Below, in pieces: positions 1-8,832 of a DNA stretch of 64,000 nt. How positions within the stretch are numbered: position 1 is the first letter of the stretch; each line of letters starts with the position of its first letter. The notes beneath the pieces were generated by a model. The model saw only the letters and a program-made list of their open reading frames with translations, had not been told where the DNA came from and made no database searches. The translations under genes and the position numbers were made by a program. Source of the DNA: Candidatus Hydrogenedentota bacterium (GTDB lineage Bacteria; Hydrogenedentota; Hydrogenedentia; Hydrogenedentales; SLHB01); assembly GCA_963668025.2 (NCBI GenBank), contig CAXXTH010000023.1, positions 352,001 through 416,000 on the forward strand. The letters are read 5' to 3'.

Positions 1-2215
1 CAAGCGTTTGTCCCGGCGACAAGGCCAGCGGCTCGGAGACACCCGCCGCGTATCCTTCGGCCCGCGCGGCCATCTTCACTTCGACAGAACGGGCGCTTAG
101 GGAGGACAATTCAAAGCGGCCTTCCGCGTCGCGGAACCGGGACCAGCGCATAACGGGCCCTGGATACATCACCTCAAAATCGGGTATGGGCGCTTCCGTT
201 TCGGCATCGATAACGGTTCCCTGCACGGCGCACATGCGTAGGATGACGAAATCTACATTCCGGGCGCCCGCGTCCGCCTCAGTACACGAAAAAGCCGGGT
301 CCTGCCAGGATATGCCCTCCGCATTCACTTGATAGGCGCCCGGGCCGAGATCCCCGAGCGTGTAAAAGCCCTGGGCGTCCGTCTTGGCGCTTCGGTACAC
401 GTCTCCGCGTGCGGCGTATACGGAAATCCCTTCAGAGGGAGAGCCCGCGTCATCGGTGACTCGGCCCGAGATAGTCAAGTTGCCGGGAAGCTCGTAGACC
501 AACTGGACATTCTGCAGTTGCTCGCCCTCGGCCAGCTCAATCTCCCCTATATTCGTCAATCGCCGTGTAGAGGTGTCACCCGGAAACAGGATCTGGAATC
601 CATAGCTCGATGCATACAGGCCGCGCAGCTCGAAGCTGCCCGAATCATTGGTGACGGTTACAAAATCTTTTGAGAAATGGGATCCGTTTTGCGGCCAAGT
701 CGTCACTTGCACGCCGGGCAACGGGATTCCATCTTGATCCACCAGGCATCCAGAGATAGCGGATTCGGGTTGCATGGATAGGAGAAGATTGTCGATGCCC
801 TCAGGCGGGATCCTGACTGGCCCGGTCGGCGGCATGGCCAAGCCGGTGGTGGAGTGCGGCCAAAAGAAGGCCGGCAGATCCGTGACAAAACCACGAAACT
901 CGAAGCATCCCTCGCCATCGGTCATGGTCACGGCTTCCACTGCACGTGGCTCTGACCACCCGTTGACAATTACGCCCACCAAGGCGTCACCATGCAGTCC
1001 AACCAAGCGGCCCCGCACGGTTACGCCGCCGAGCACGGCAAAGTTGACATCCGTGACCGAAGCGTTTTCTTTCAACTGGACAATCTGCTCCCTTGTGATG
1101 TTCTGGGAGCGGGGATAATGCCGTGCCAAATCGCCGTCCCATTTCAATGTAGTTGAATACTTTCCGGCTGCCAATCCTTCAAAACAATAATGGCCGCTTT
1201 CATCCGTCCGCGATTCCATTTCCTGCTGGGTGGCGGGGCAGTACAGGCGAATAACGCCATCGACGACTCCATTCCCTGTATCTTCCTCGTACAAGCGCCC
1301 CGCTATGGAGCCGCCTTCCTTCACAATTGCCGGAGACGGCGATTCCGGGCGGACCTGTGCTGCCGCTTTTACTTGGTTCGCAGTCGGCATGGATTCGGCG
1401 ACCGCCTCAACACTCTTGACCGGCGCGACAATAGAGGATGATATGTCGCTTGGGATGGTTGGCTCTCTATGTATACCGAGATAGCCCGTTACAAGCAATA
1501 CAAGAACAGTGCAGCTCATGATAGCGGGTTTCATCATGCCTGCGACTCCCAAGACGCTCCCGGTTCCCACGACGGTATCTTTCCACGGGGGTGTGACTGC
1601 AATCACTGCTGAAGCGATCTGTGAAGCTCGCTGCTCGCGGCGAGCTTTTTCCGCCGGCTCTATTTCGAGAGAAGCAAGCAACGCTTGTCCTAACACGTGG
1701 CGAATACGTTCAAGGCGTTTACGGACAGTGCTGTGTGATAATGAAAGCAACTCAGCGATATCTCGAGTCTTTTTACATCCTTGGTATCGTAAGAGGATGA
1801 GCTCGCGATCGGAATCAGGCAATTTGGACACTAGGCCAGAGAGGAGCTCTCCCATCGCGTCATTTTGATCCATATTGGTATGATTCATCGTCATGGCTGC
1901 GTCCGCCTTATATTGCTCGATATGCTCAGCCTCCCGTCGTTTTCGATTGAATTGAGTTAGTGCGACATTTCTAGCGATGGTAATCACCCACCCGCCAAAG
2001 TGAGAAGGCGCTTGCAGCGTATCGAGTGACAGCCAGGCTTTTAGGAAGGCCTCCTGTGCCGCGTCTTCGGCATCAGCGCGATTCTTAGTGTATGCCATGG
2101 CTACAGATGTCACTGCCGGCATATGTTTATTCACCAATGCCGTGAACGCCATGGTATCGTGGCAAAGCGCTCGCTTCACGAGATGCGCGTCATAGAGTCT
2201 CGGTGCAAATATCAT
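1..2215 (-). CDS. ECF sigma-70 factor fused to a TM helix and extracellular carboxypeptidase-regulatory-like repeats (3' end runs off the window)
   Basis: Manual translation from ATG 2215 (RBS AGGGAG upstream): MIFAPRLYDAHLVKRAL..DAEDAAQEAFLKAW..FGGWVITIARN..LPDSDRELILLRY..DIAELLSLSHSTVRKRL (sigma regions 2 and 4), a hydrophobic segment near 1480-1540, then G-x-V-x-D-x-x-G-x-P type beta repeats. Absent from the ORF track because there is no stop in the window. Confidence 0.85.
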   Translation of the reverse strand, partial: MIFAPRLYDAHLVKRALCHDTMAFTALVNKHMPAVTSVAMAYTKNRADAEDAAQEAFLKAWLSLDTLQAPSHFGGWVITIARNVALTQFNRKRREAEHIEQYKADAAMTMNHTNMDQNDAMGELLSGLVSKLPDSDRELILLRYQGCKKTRDIAELLSLSHSTVRKRLERIRHVLGQALLASLEIEPAEKARREQRASQIASAVIAVTPPWKDTVVGTGSVLGVAGMMKPAIMSCTVLVLLVTGYLGIHREPTIPSDISSSIVAPVKSVEAVAESMPTANQVKAAAQVRPESPSPAIVKEGGSIAGRLYEEDTGNGVVDGVIRLYCPATQQEMESRTDESGHYCFEGLAAGKYSTTLKWDGDLARHYPRSQNITREQIVQLKENASVTDVNFAVLGGVTVRGRLVGLHGDALVGVIVNGWSEPRAVEAVTMTDGEGCFEFRGFVTDLPAFFWPHSTTGLAMPPTGPVRIPPEGIDNLLLSMQPESAISGCLVDQDGIPLPGVQVTTWPQNGSHFSKDFVTVTNDSGSFELRGLYASSYGFQILFPGDTSTRRLTNIGEIELAEGEQLQNVQLVYELPGNLTISGRVTDDAGSPSEGISVYAARGDVYRSAKTDAQGFYTLGDLGPGAYQVNAEGISWQDPAFSCTEADAGARNVDFVILRMCAVQGTVIDAETEAPIPDFEVMYPGPVMRWSRFRDAEGRFELSSLSARSVEVKMAARAEGYAAGVSEPLALSPGQTL

Positions 2216-2629
2216 GTTCAGGTTCTCCCTACTGAACGGCTGTTTATCTTTCTACCATAAAGACTATAAAAAGAAGATTTTGTGACAAACTGGGCGAATT
2301 CATGCATCTCAAAATGGAAAGAAATGTTCCTGCATCAGACAACAAATAGCATCGTTGCCATATGCACATAAACAAACGGATTATTTGAACCTCCTTGTGC
2401 CTTGGTGTGATAGTGTAAAAAGCAGAGCAAGCCCTTCTATTGCCTCATGTTCATCCACTGTTCTCTGCGAGCCAGCGATTCCGCAAGCGAGGGTTTGTGT
2501 GAGGGGGTAAGTTCTTAGGAGCGGCGGGCTTAGGCGGGCTCACCTTTTCCCGATCAGATTCGCATTCATCTTTGACCTTGACTTTTGGCTTCTGTCTTGT
2601 ATATTATAAGGGTACAAGATGGAGGTTGC

Positions 2630-2965
2630 ATGTCGCGTACACAAATGTCCACCCAAGAGCGCCAATTTCGGTCCCGCTTGGCGCAATTGGTTCACGAACG
2701 CCCCCTGATTCGAGCCACGCTCAATCCGCGCTCGGTCACCTGCGGTAAAGCAGGGTGCCGCTGCGCCAAAGGGGAAAGACACCAGGCCCTGTATCTGGTG
2801 TGTACGGTGAAGGGGAAACGGCGGCAGATGTTTGTACCCCCGTCGTTGGAGGAAGAGGTCCGCGCGTGGGTGAGGAACTACCAGACCGTGCAGGAATTGC
2901 TGGAGAAGCTGTCGGAGGACGCGTGGCAGAAGCTCAAGGAGCTTAAGGAACAGCCTGATTCTTAG
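2630..2965 (+). CDS. DUF6788-like IS-associated small protein with CGKxxCxC...H Zn-binding motif
   Basis: GGAGG RBS, ATG 2630; VTCGKAGCRCAKGERH..LYL..GKRRQMFVP..VRNYQTVQELLEKL. Confidence 0.8.
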   Translation: MSRTQMSTQERQFRSRLAQLVHERPLIRATLNPRSVTCGKAGCRCAKGERHQALYLVCTVKGKRRQMFVPPSLEEEVRAWVRNYQTVQELLEKLSEDAWQKLKELKEQPDS

Positions 2966-4202
2966 TCGCCTTCTTAAATATGGGGAAAAGGTCTACGATC
3001 TGCGCAATCAACTCAGGCGGATTACGGACCGGCGTAAGGCCCCGGAAATCCCTACGATGCGGGTAGTCATGGGGGTGTTTTTCACGTTGTGCGTGCGCCT
3101 GGGCAGCTTCAACGGCGTCGAGGAGGCGTTTGGGAACATAGAATCCAAACGCAGCCGGTGGCATGGCTGGATGGACGGAAACCTGCCCAGCGCCGATCGT
3201 CTGGGTGAGGTGTCGGCCCTGATGGATTTGGACACCGTGCGCGGGCTGCTATACGAACACTACCGTCAGCGCAAGCGGAAAAAGACGTTGCGCCCTTTAC
3301 CCGGCAACCTGCAGGTGCTCATCTTGGACGGCCACGAGATGTGCGCCAGTTATCTGCGCTCTTGCCCTGAATGTTCGGAACGCGAAGTAACCTATGGCAA
3401 GGGCAGGGAAAAACGGACTCAATACTACCACCGCTATGTCATGGCCTATCTTTTGTGCGACGGCGGGCGCATGCTGCTGGACTTGGAACTACAGCAGAAA
3501 GGAGAAGGCGAAATCGCCGCCGCCATGCGACTGCTCAAACGGCTGTTGCAGGTTTGTCCGCGCGCGTTCAACGTGGTTGCGGGCGACGCGCTGTATCTCG
3601 ATCCCCACCTATGCACGCTCATTCTGAACCACAAAAAGGATTTCATCGCCGTCCTGAAGAATGAGAACCGCGGCCTGATTCAAGACTTCCGAGCCCTACT
3701 CGAAGCCGGAAAGACGGATCCTGTACCCTTCAGCTATGGCAAAAGACAGTGCGTATGCCACGACATAAAGGGTTTTGACTCCTGGACCCAGCTCGGACGC
3801 AAGGTACGGGTCGTGCGCTCCTTCGAGACATGGACCGTGCGCCGTCAACGAGGCAAAAAGGAAGAGCGAGATCAAACCCTCACCAGTGAATGGCTTTGGG
3901 CCGCCAGTTTGAGTGCTCAAAAGGCCACTACCACTGCGATTGTGCTTATCGGCCACGGCCGATGGGACATCGAAAATCACGCCTTCAACGAACTGGCCGG
4001 ACTTTGGCACGCCGACCACGTCTACCACCACGACCCAAACGCCATCGTGGCGATACTCCTCCTACTCATGCTGGCCTACAATCTGTTCCATGCCTGGCTC
4101 ACTCGTGACATCAAACCCGAACTTCGTCAGGGACATACGGCTCTATACTTCGCCAGACTCATCGCCGCTGAGTTCTACAGCCAGTTGCGCCCGCCCACAT
4201 AG
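2955..4202 (+). CDS. DDE transposase (DDE_Tnp_1-like); probable CTG start at 2955 (first ATG 3057)
   Basis: ILDGHE, VAGDALY, GRWDIENHAFNEL motifs; frame open upstream of the ATG, encoding LILSRLLKYGEKVYDLRNQLRRITDRRK. Confidence 0.85.
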   Translation: MILSRLLKYGEKVYDLRNQLRRITDRRKAPEIPTMRVVMGVFFTLCVRLGSFNGVEEAFGNIESKRSRWHGWMDGNLPSADRLGEVSALMDLDTVRGLLYEHYRQRKRKKTLRPLPGNLQVLILDGHEMCASYLRSCPECSEREVTYGKGREKRTQYYHRYVMAYLLCDGGRMLLDLELQQKGEGEIAAAMRLLKRLLQVCPRAFNVVAGDALYLDPHLCTLILNHKKDFIAVLKNENRGLIQDFRALLEAGKTDPVPFSYGKRQCVCHDIKGFDSWTQLGRKVRVVRSFETWTVRRQRGKKEERDQTLTSEWLWAASLSAQKATTTAIVLIGHGRWDIENHAFNELAGLWHADHVYHHDPNAIVAILLLLMLAYNLFHAWLTRDIKPELRQGHTALYFARLIAAEFYSQLRPPT

Positions 4203-4469
4203 CGGCTTCTCAGCCCACAACCGCTCCGTTCCCAGCCGACCGGCCAACACCCGGACCGCCCTACTATTGCTCCTACGCCCACTTTTCACTCCCCCGCCCC
4301 TGATACGACCCCTCTGGCGCGGCCCCACTGCCTGGCAAAAACGCCCTTGGCGTCTTTCCGAAACTGCTCCGTACTCAAAAACGCCCTTTGCCCCAGCAAA
4401 ATGCGGTCCGTGGCCCCACCTTGCGGAATCGCTGTCTGCGAGCAGGGCCTGCGTCAAAAAAGTGGGTTT

Positions 4470-5815
4470 TCATCCGGTTCTTTGTTCCCAATACTCCTCG
4501 AAGCGATTGGATTGAATAAGGCATCGCAACGCCGTAATGGCATTTGCGCCACGGACGGTCCATTCCATACCGGAGTGCTTCATACGCTGGCCAACGACCG
4601 TCCTGCACGCCGCTTCAATGACTCCCGAGCCAACGAATAGTCCCTTGGCAAAAAATCGTTGTAGCGCATGCGTTCTTTGTTCGTCTCAAAATAGCCGATG
4701 GCGGTAACGGCTTCTTTGGCATCCGGCCCATTGTTTGGCAACAGCACGGCGGCTTCTTCCACGATGGTTTCGATCTTTCCCTCATCCAGATCGTCCCACC
4801 ATTTGCCCTTGTACAAGGCCAAACGTTTTTCGTCGCGTCCAAACAACAATTTGCACAGGTTCCCGAGATGCTCGCGCGCGTGATACAAGTCGACTACGTG
4901 GATGGCGGCGTGAAAATGGGTTTGTACGATGTTTCGTATCCATTCGGCCCCATCGGTGAGGCATACGACGCGTTTGGCCCTGAACAATCCGCGGCGGACG
5001 GCCTCGGCGTAGATGCGCCATTGAAACTGTTCGGACGTCTCGATGGCGCCCACGAAACTGGCGGAGCCCCTATCCCGGATGGGGCGGCCTTTTTCGTTGA
5101 AGGCGGTTTGAGAAAAAACGCATCCGATTTTCACCTCGCGGGTTTTGGGCTTGCCGTTTTGATATTTTCCCTTGCGGCCTTCGAGCGCCTCGGGCACCAT
5201 GGGAACGCCGCTGCCGTCGAACTCGATGTAAAGGGTCTCGATAGTTTTGGCGGCATCGGGAGGCGGCGGTTCCTGGAATCGGATACGGTCCCGTTCTTGC
5301 GCGAACCAGTGGGCGGCTTGCTGGCCGGTCTGTTCCGCGATACGCTCACAGTCCTTGCGGCTGATCACGAGTCCGGCGGCTGCTTTCAGTTGTTGCGACA
5401 CCCTTTTGAATGGGGCGTCGCTGGCGAAATCCGCCACGAGACGCCGCACGCCCGGCGAATAGCGCGTGTTGGCGACATCGAGCTCCTCGTCGCCGGGATA
5501 CCGCCATTTGCCGCACCGGGGGCACCGGTAGGCGGTGCGCGTAAAGCGGATCTTGCCCAAAAGAGTGACGATGGTTTTTGTCTTCAGGCCACGGCTTTTC
5601 ATTACCGCCATGCATGAGCAACGCGCTTTTTCCCCGCGCCGGCCCACGCCCACCTTTCTTAAAAAGGCATCGAGCGCCTTGGCCCCTCCCATGAGGGCCG
5701 CGCCGCGCAGGGCTTGTTCCAATGCTTCGAGATCCGTTCCCGCCGCGCGTTTTGCCGCGTTGAAAATCCGCGTTACTTCGGCGTCTTTTTCGATGGCGGC
5801 TTGCGTTTTTTTTTT
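4470..5815 (-). pseudogene. ISKra4 transposase, frameshifted near its C-terminus
   Basis: YIEFDGSGVP, REVKIG, LTDGAEWI, DLYHAREHL motifs; the conserved tail GSGVIEAAC..QRMKHSGMEW lies in another frame after an A6 run at about 4650. Confidence 0.8.
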
Positions 5816-6155
5816 TGAGGGCGTCTTGTTCGGCGCTCTGCATCCGTTCCAGTTCGCCCAGTTCTTGGGCCACCGACTCGAATTGTCTGCATACATCCCG
5901 GAAACGTTTATAGTTTTCCTCATCCTGACGCGCGCGGTTCAATTCTTGCTCGCCGCAAATGCGTTCGCTCACGGTCTTATTGTTTTTCTTGCTTGTCCAT
6001 AAGTAATAGGGTCCGCGTAACTCTCGCGTTTTTTTCCCGTCCTTGATAGAGGGAAACCATTGTTCATTGAGGGATCCTTTTCTCAAGGTTCGTATTTCGC
6101 CCAATTGATCGAGCAAGTCCAAGCGTTTTTCTTCCAGCGTGCGTTTATTGGCCAT
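5806..6155 (-). CDS. DUF6788-like N-terminal ORF of ISKra4, joined to the transposase frame at an A11 slippery run
   Basis: RKGSL..GPYYLWT..KTVSERI..ENYKRFR; T11 at 5806-5816; AGGAG RBS upstream. Confidence 0.75.
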
Positions 6156-6330
6156 GATTGGTTCTCCTCTCTATTTATTGTAGTAATCTTACTACATACA
6201 TCGGGCCAAAAAAAGGGGGGGGAAAACGAAAACCCACTTTTTTGACGCAGGCCCTCGCGAGCACGAAAAGTGGACACATCCAGGTGCGCTATGCTAGGAT
6301 ATCGACCGATTAACGTTTCGCCAACATAGT

Positions 6331-6406
6331 GCGCCCGTAGCTCAGTGGATAGAGCGCTTGCCTCCGGAGCAAGAAGTCGCGCGTTCGAATCGCGCCGGGC
6401 GCGCCA
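6331..6406 (+). tRNA. tRNA-Arg(CCG)
   Basis: GCGCCCG acceptor stem, TAGCTCAGTGGATAGAGC D arm, CTTGC-ctCCGga-GCAAG anticodon arm, GTTCGAATC T loop, encoded CCA. Confidence 0.97.
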
Positions 6407-6421
6407 TATAACATATTCTTC

Positions 6422-6451
6422 CCCAAGGACTTACGCAAACAAGTCCTTGGG
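6422..6451 (+). terminator. Hairpin downstream of the tRNA
   Basis: CCCAAGGACTT-8 nt-AAGTCCTTGGG followed by TCTTGTTTT. Confidence 0.6.
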
Positions 6452-6517
6452 TCTTGTTTTACTGACAACACTTGCGACAACATCATCTGTCTGCTTGTTG
6501 ACATGGAGGATGTTGTC

Positions 6518-7716
6518 ATGGCCTCATTTCATCAGTGCGGCGGTATCTACTAAGGAGTCGCGTCAAAATAACTTACCGATTTTCTCCCACCACTCGGAAA
6601 GGAAGCGGTAATTCCTATCGCCATGAAAATTGCGTTGAATGCGAAAAAATAGTCAAGTTATTTTGACACGCCTCCTAAGTAAAATTTCGGCATAACGGGA
6701 AATGGGTCTATCGGAGCCTCGACACCAAAAATAAGCGCCAGGCCCTTACCGAAAAAGCACAAATTGAAGCCTCTCTAGCCGAGGAAGCACCCAAGCCTGC
6801 CGTCCACCGGTCCAGCAAACGCGATATTCCCCTAGACGATCTCATCAAAGAGTATACGAAATGGGCCGAGAAACACCGCCGTCCAGCGATCATATATAGC
6901 AGACAACGAGCCGTGAAACTATTCCAGGATGTCCACCCAAACATTTCCACCCTGAAAGCCATAAAACCCGAACATATCGAAACCTTTAAGGCAGCTCTTG
7001 CCAAAGGCCATAAACCCCGCACGCCAAACGAAGCCTTGGGAGCCCTGCGCGCCTTGGTGAGCCGCGCCATCCGTCTTGGCCTCTATTCCGGCCCGAATCC
7101 CTTCACCGGCGTCGAAATGCTACCTGACCGCCGCAAAGCCCCCGAATGGCTCTCTGCCGAACAAATGGAATCGGTTATGGACGCTGCCACCAAACACAGT
7201 CGAAACGCCCTATTCTTCTTTGGCTTATGCATCTTCGCCGGACTCCGCAAAATGGAAGCCATTATGACGCGCTGGGAATGGATTGACTTGCAGGCAGGGC
7301 TACTCCACGTTCGAGGCTCAGAAGACTTCTTCATCAAAGATGGAGAAGACCGCACCATCCCCTTGCATAGCCGGTTACGCGCCATTCTCGAACCATACCA
7401 TGAATCCGAAGGCTATTTGATTGCCCCCGAAAAGTTAAAACTTGGAAAGCATCGGTATCGCTTCGAGATCAGTAAGACCTTCACCGCCGTAACAAAAGCT
7501 GCGGGCGTACACCCCTGGTGCCACCCGCACATCCTTCGCCACACCTTCGCCAGCCAGCTCGTAAGCGCCGGCGTCGAACTCTACAAAGTCAGCAAATGGC
7601 TGGGCCATGCCGATTTCGCCACCACCCAAATCTACGCCCATTTGCGCCCGCAAGACCCCGACATCGAGCGCCTGGCCGCCGCTCCATCACGGCATCTCGA
7701 CCCCGAGCGCCTTTAA
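6518..7716 (+). pseudogene. Tyrosine recombinase/phage integrase interrupted at codon 12 by a MITE
   Basis: GGAGG + ATG 6518 MASFHQCGGIY*; the frame resumes after the MITE (VKFRHNGKW..) in frame with ORF 6913-7716 carrying GLRKME, HILRH, LGH, TQIY. Confidence 0.88.
6554..6675. mobile_element. 122-bp MITE, copy 1
   Basis: 21-bp imperfect TIR GGAGTCGCGTCAAAATAACTT, TAA on both flanks, near-identical to 12311-12432. Confidence 0.9.
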
Positions 7717-8310
7717 CACGGGCGCACACCCCACATCACGCGAGACGGCATGCGGGTCAAATTTCCCGTCCTGCACGTACTTCCCGCGTTTGTAGTGCGT
7801 GCTCCCGCACCAGAGATAGGGCGTGCAAACTCCATGGCTCCTGTACCCGAAACCGTTATACGCTTCCAACTGGTACATCATGCCAACGACGGACCAATCC
7901 GTCCATTTGTCAAGCCCCATATATGTCAGGGCATCCTTCGCGGAATACGCCCAAGTATACGGAGGCGTTCCCGCCACCGGCCTTCCCGACGGCACATGTA
8001 CTGTTTTCCTGGCTAGCGAATCCCCGTTATGCAGATGCCGCGTGAAATTCAGATCCGCCTCCATCATGTGTACAACGGCCGTGAACTGCCACGAAATGCC
8101 CAGCGCATCGCTTGCATCCCCATACTGCGATATGTGCTGCATGATGCGCCTCGCCCAATTCGCCGCGGGCTCAACCGCCCAAGGCTCAATTTCACACGCC
8201 CCCCACATCTCCCCGTAAACGACCCGAATCGAGTCATTCAGCCTGAGTGGAGCCCGCGTCACCGCCTTGGCATATTTCGGCATAGGCCGCGTTTCATCGA
8301 GCATTTTCAT
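7687..8310 (-). CDS. Lysozyme-family endolysin (COG5526-like)
   Basis: VHMMEA, LHNGDSL..TVHVPSGRP, LEAYNGFGY, TPYLW, GKYVQDGKFDP motifs; prophage context. Confidence 0.8.
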   Translation of the reverse strand: MKMLDETRPMPKYAKAVTRAPLRLNDSIRVVYGEMWGACEIEPWAVEPAANWARRIMQHISQYGDASDALGISWQFTAVVHMMEADLNFTRHLHNGDSLARKTVHVPSGRPVAGTPPYTWAYSAKDALTYMGLDKWTDWSVVGMMYQLEAYNGFGYRSHGVCTPYLWCGSTHYKRGKYVQDGKFDPHAVSRDVGCAPVLKALGVEMP

Positions 8311-8322
8311 TCCTCGCGCCTC

Positions 8323-8604
8323 CTATGCCTTCTTAGGCTTTTTCTTCGCATCAAACGGAAGCACCCCATCATTCTTATTCGCTTCCGGCTGTGCTGATTC
8401 CGTCCCCGCTTCCGGCTTCGTTTCCGGCATCGGCGCCGGATTCCCCATCGGCGGAGCCACTATCACCGACAACCTCCTCGCCGCCGCCGCCGTCAATTCG
8501 TGTATCTCCGCTGGCGCTGCCGCTTTCCTCGCCATCGAGAACAGAAGATCCAAGTCCTGCATCGCTTGCGTCATCTGTGGTTGTTGCATCGGTTGTTGAG
8601 ACAT
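8323..8604 (-). CDS. Hypothetical phage protein
   Basis: GAGG RBS before ATG 8604; MSQQPMQQ..DAKKKPKKA. Confidence 0.6.
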   Translation of the reverse strand: MSQQPMQQPQMTQAMQDLDLLFSMARKAAAPAEIHELTAAAARRLSVIVAPPMGNPAPMPETKPEAGTESAQPEANKNDGVLPFDAKKKPKKA

Positions 8605-8821
8605 TATTTGCTTCCTCAAGAATCGTGGCAGCCAGATCACTCCGTCCGGCTTGCTCAGCCAAATCCGCCGCACTCGTCAACAACGTTGCTGCCGGTACTA
8701 GCGGACATAATTCAACTTCCAACGCAGCCACTTCCGCGATCTCGCGGTTGGCCGATATCCATTCCGCCACGCGGCTCGAGGCCTGCCGTACGGCGGAAGA
8801 AAGCTCGTCTAGGGTTGCCAT
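8375..8821 (-). CDS. Hypothetical phage protein (3' half overlaps the next gene)
   Basis: GGAG RBS right after the tail-fibre stop; helical N-terminal half, low-complexity acidic C-terminal half. Confidence 0.5.
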   Translation of the reverse strand: MATLDELSSAVRQASSRVAEWISANREIAEVAALEVELCPLVPAATLLTSAADLAEQAGRSDLAATILEEANNVSTTDATTTDDASDAGLGSSVLDGEESGSASGDTRIDGGGGEEVVGDSGSADGESGADAGNEAGSGDGISTAGSE

Positions 8822-8832
8822 GGTTGATCTCC

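Larger units (their letters stand above)
2473..4434 (+). mobile_element. IS element of the IS4/ISAs1-like DDE superfamily with two ORFs
   Basis: Perfect 15-bp TIRs CAGCGATTCCGCAAG (2473-2487, 4420-4434) and 9-bp TSD TCTGCGAGC (2464-2472, 4435-4443). Confidence 0.92.
4444..6255 (-). mobile_element. ISKra4-family IS element
   Basis: 28-bp perfect TIR AGGGCCTGCGTCAAAAAAGTGGGTTTTC (4444-4471, 6228-6255); GCGAGCA direct repeat at 4438-4444 and 6257-6263. Confidence 0.88.

Noticed and set aside
329-1868. Plus-strand ORFs in the track
   Set aside because: Antisense shadows of the minus-strand ECF fusion gene; the same applies to many shadow ORFs elsewhere (e.g. 25325-26296, 28004-28840, 41185-42039)
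4203-4419. Guide or bridge RNA in the C-rich IS 3' non-coding region
   Set aside because: The transposase is DDE type with TIRs and a TSD, not IS110 or TnpB; no convincing structure seen by eye
5346-5805. C-terminal 150 aa of the 269-aa ORF 5346-6155
   Set aside because: Arg-rich off-frame read over the transposase after the A11 run
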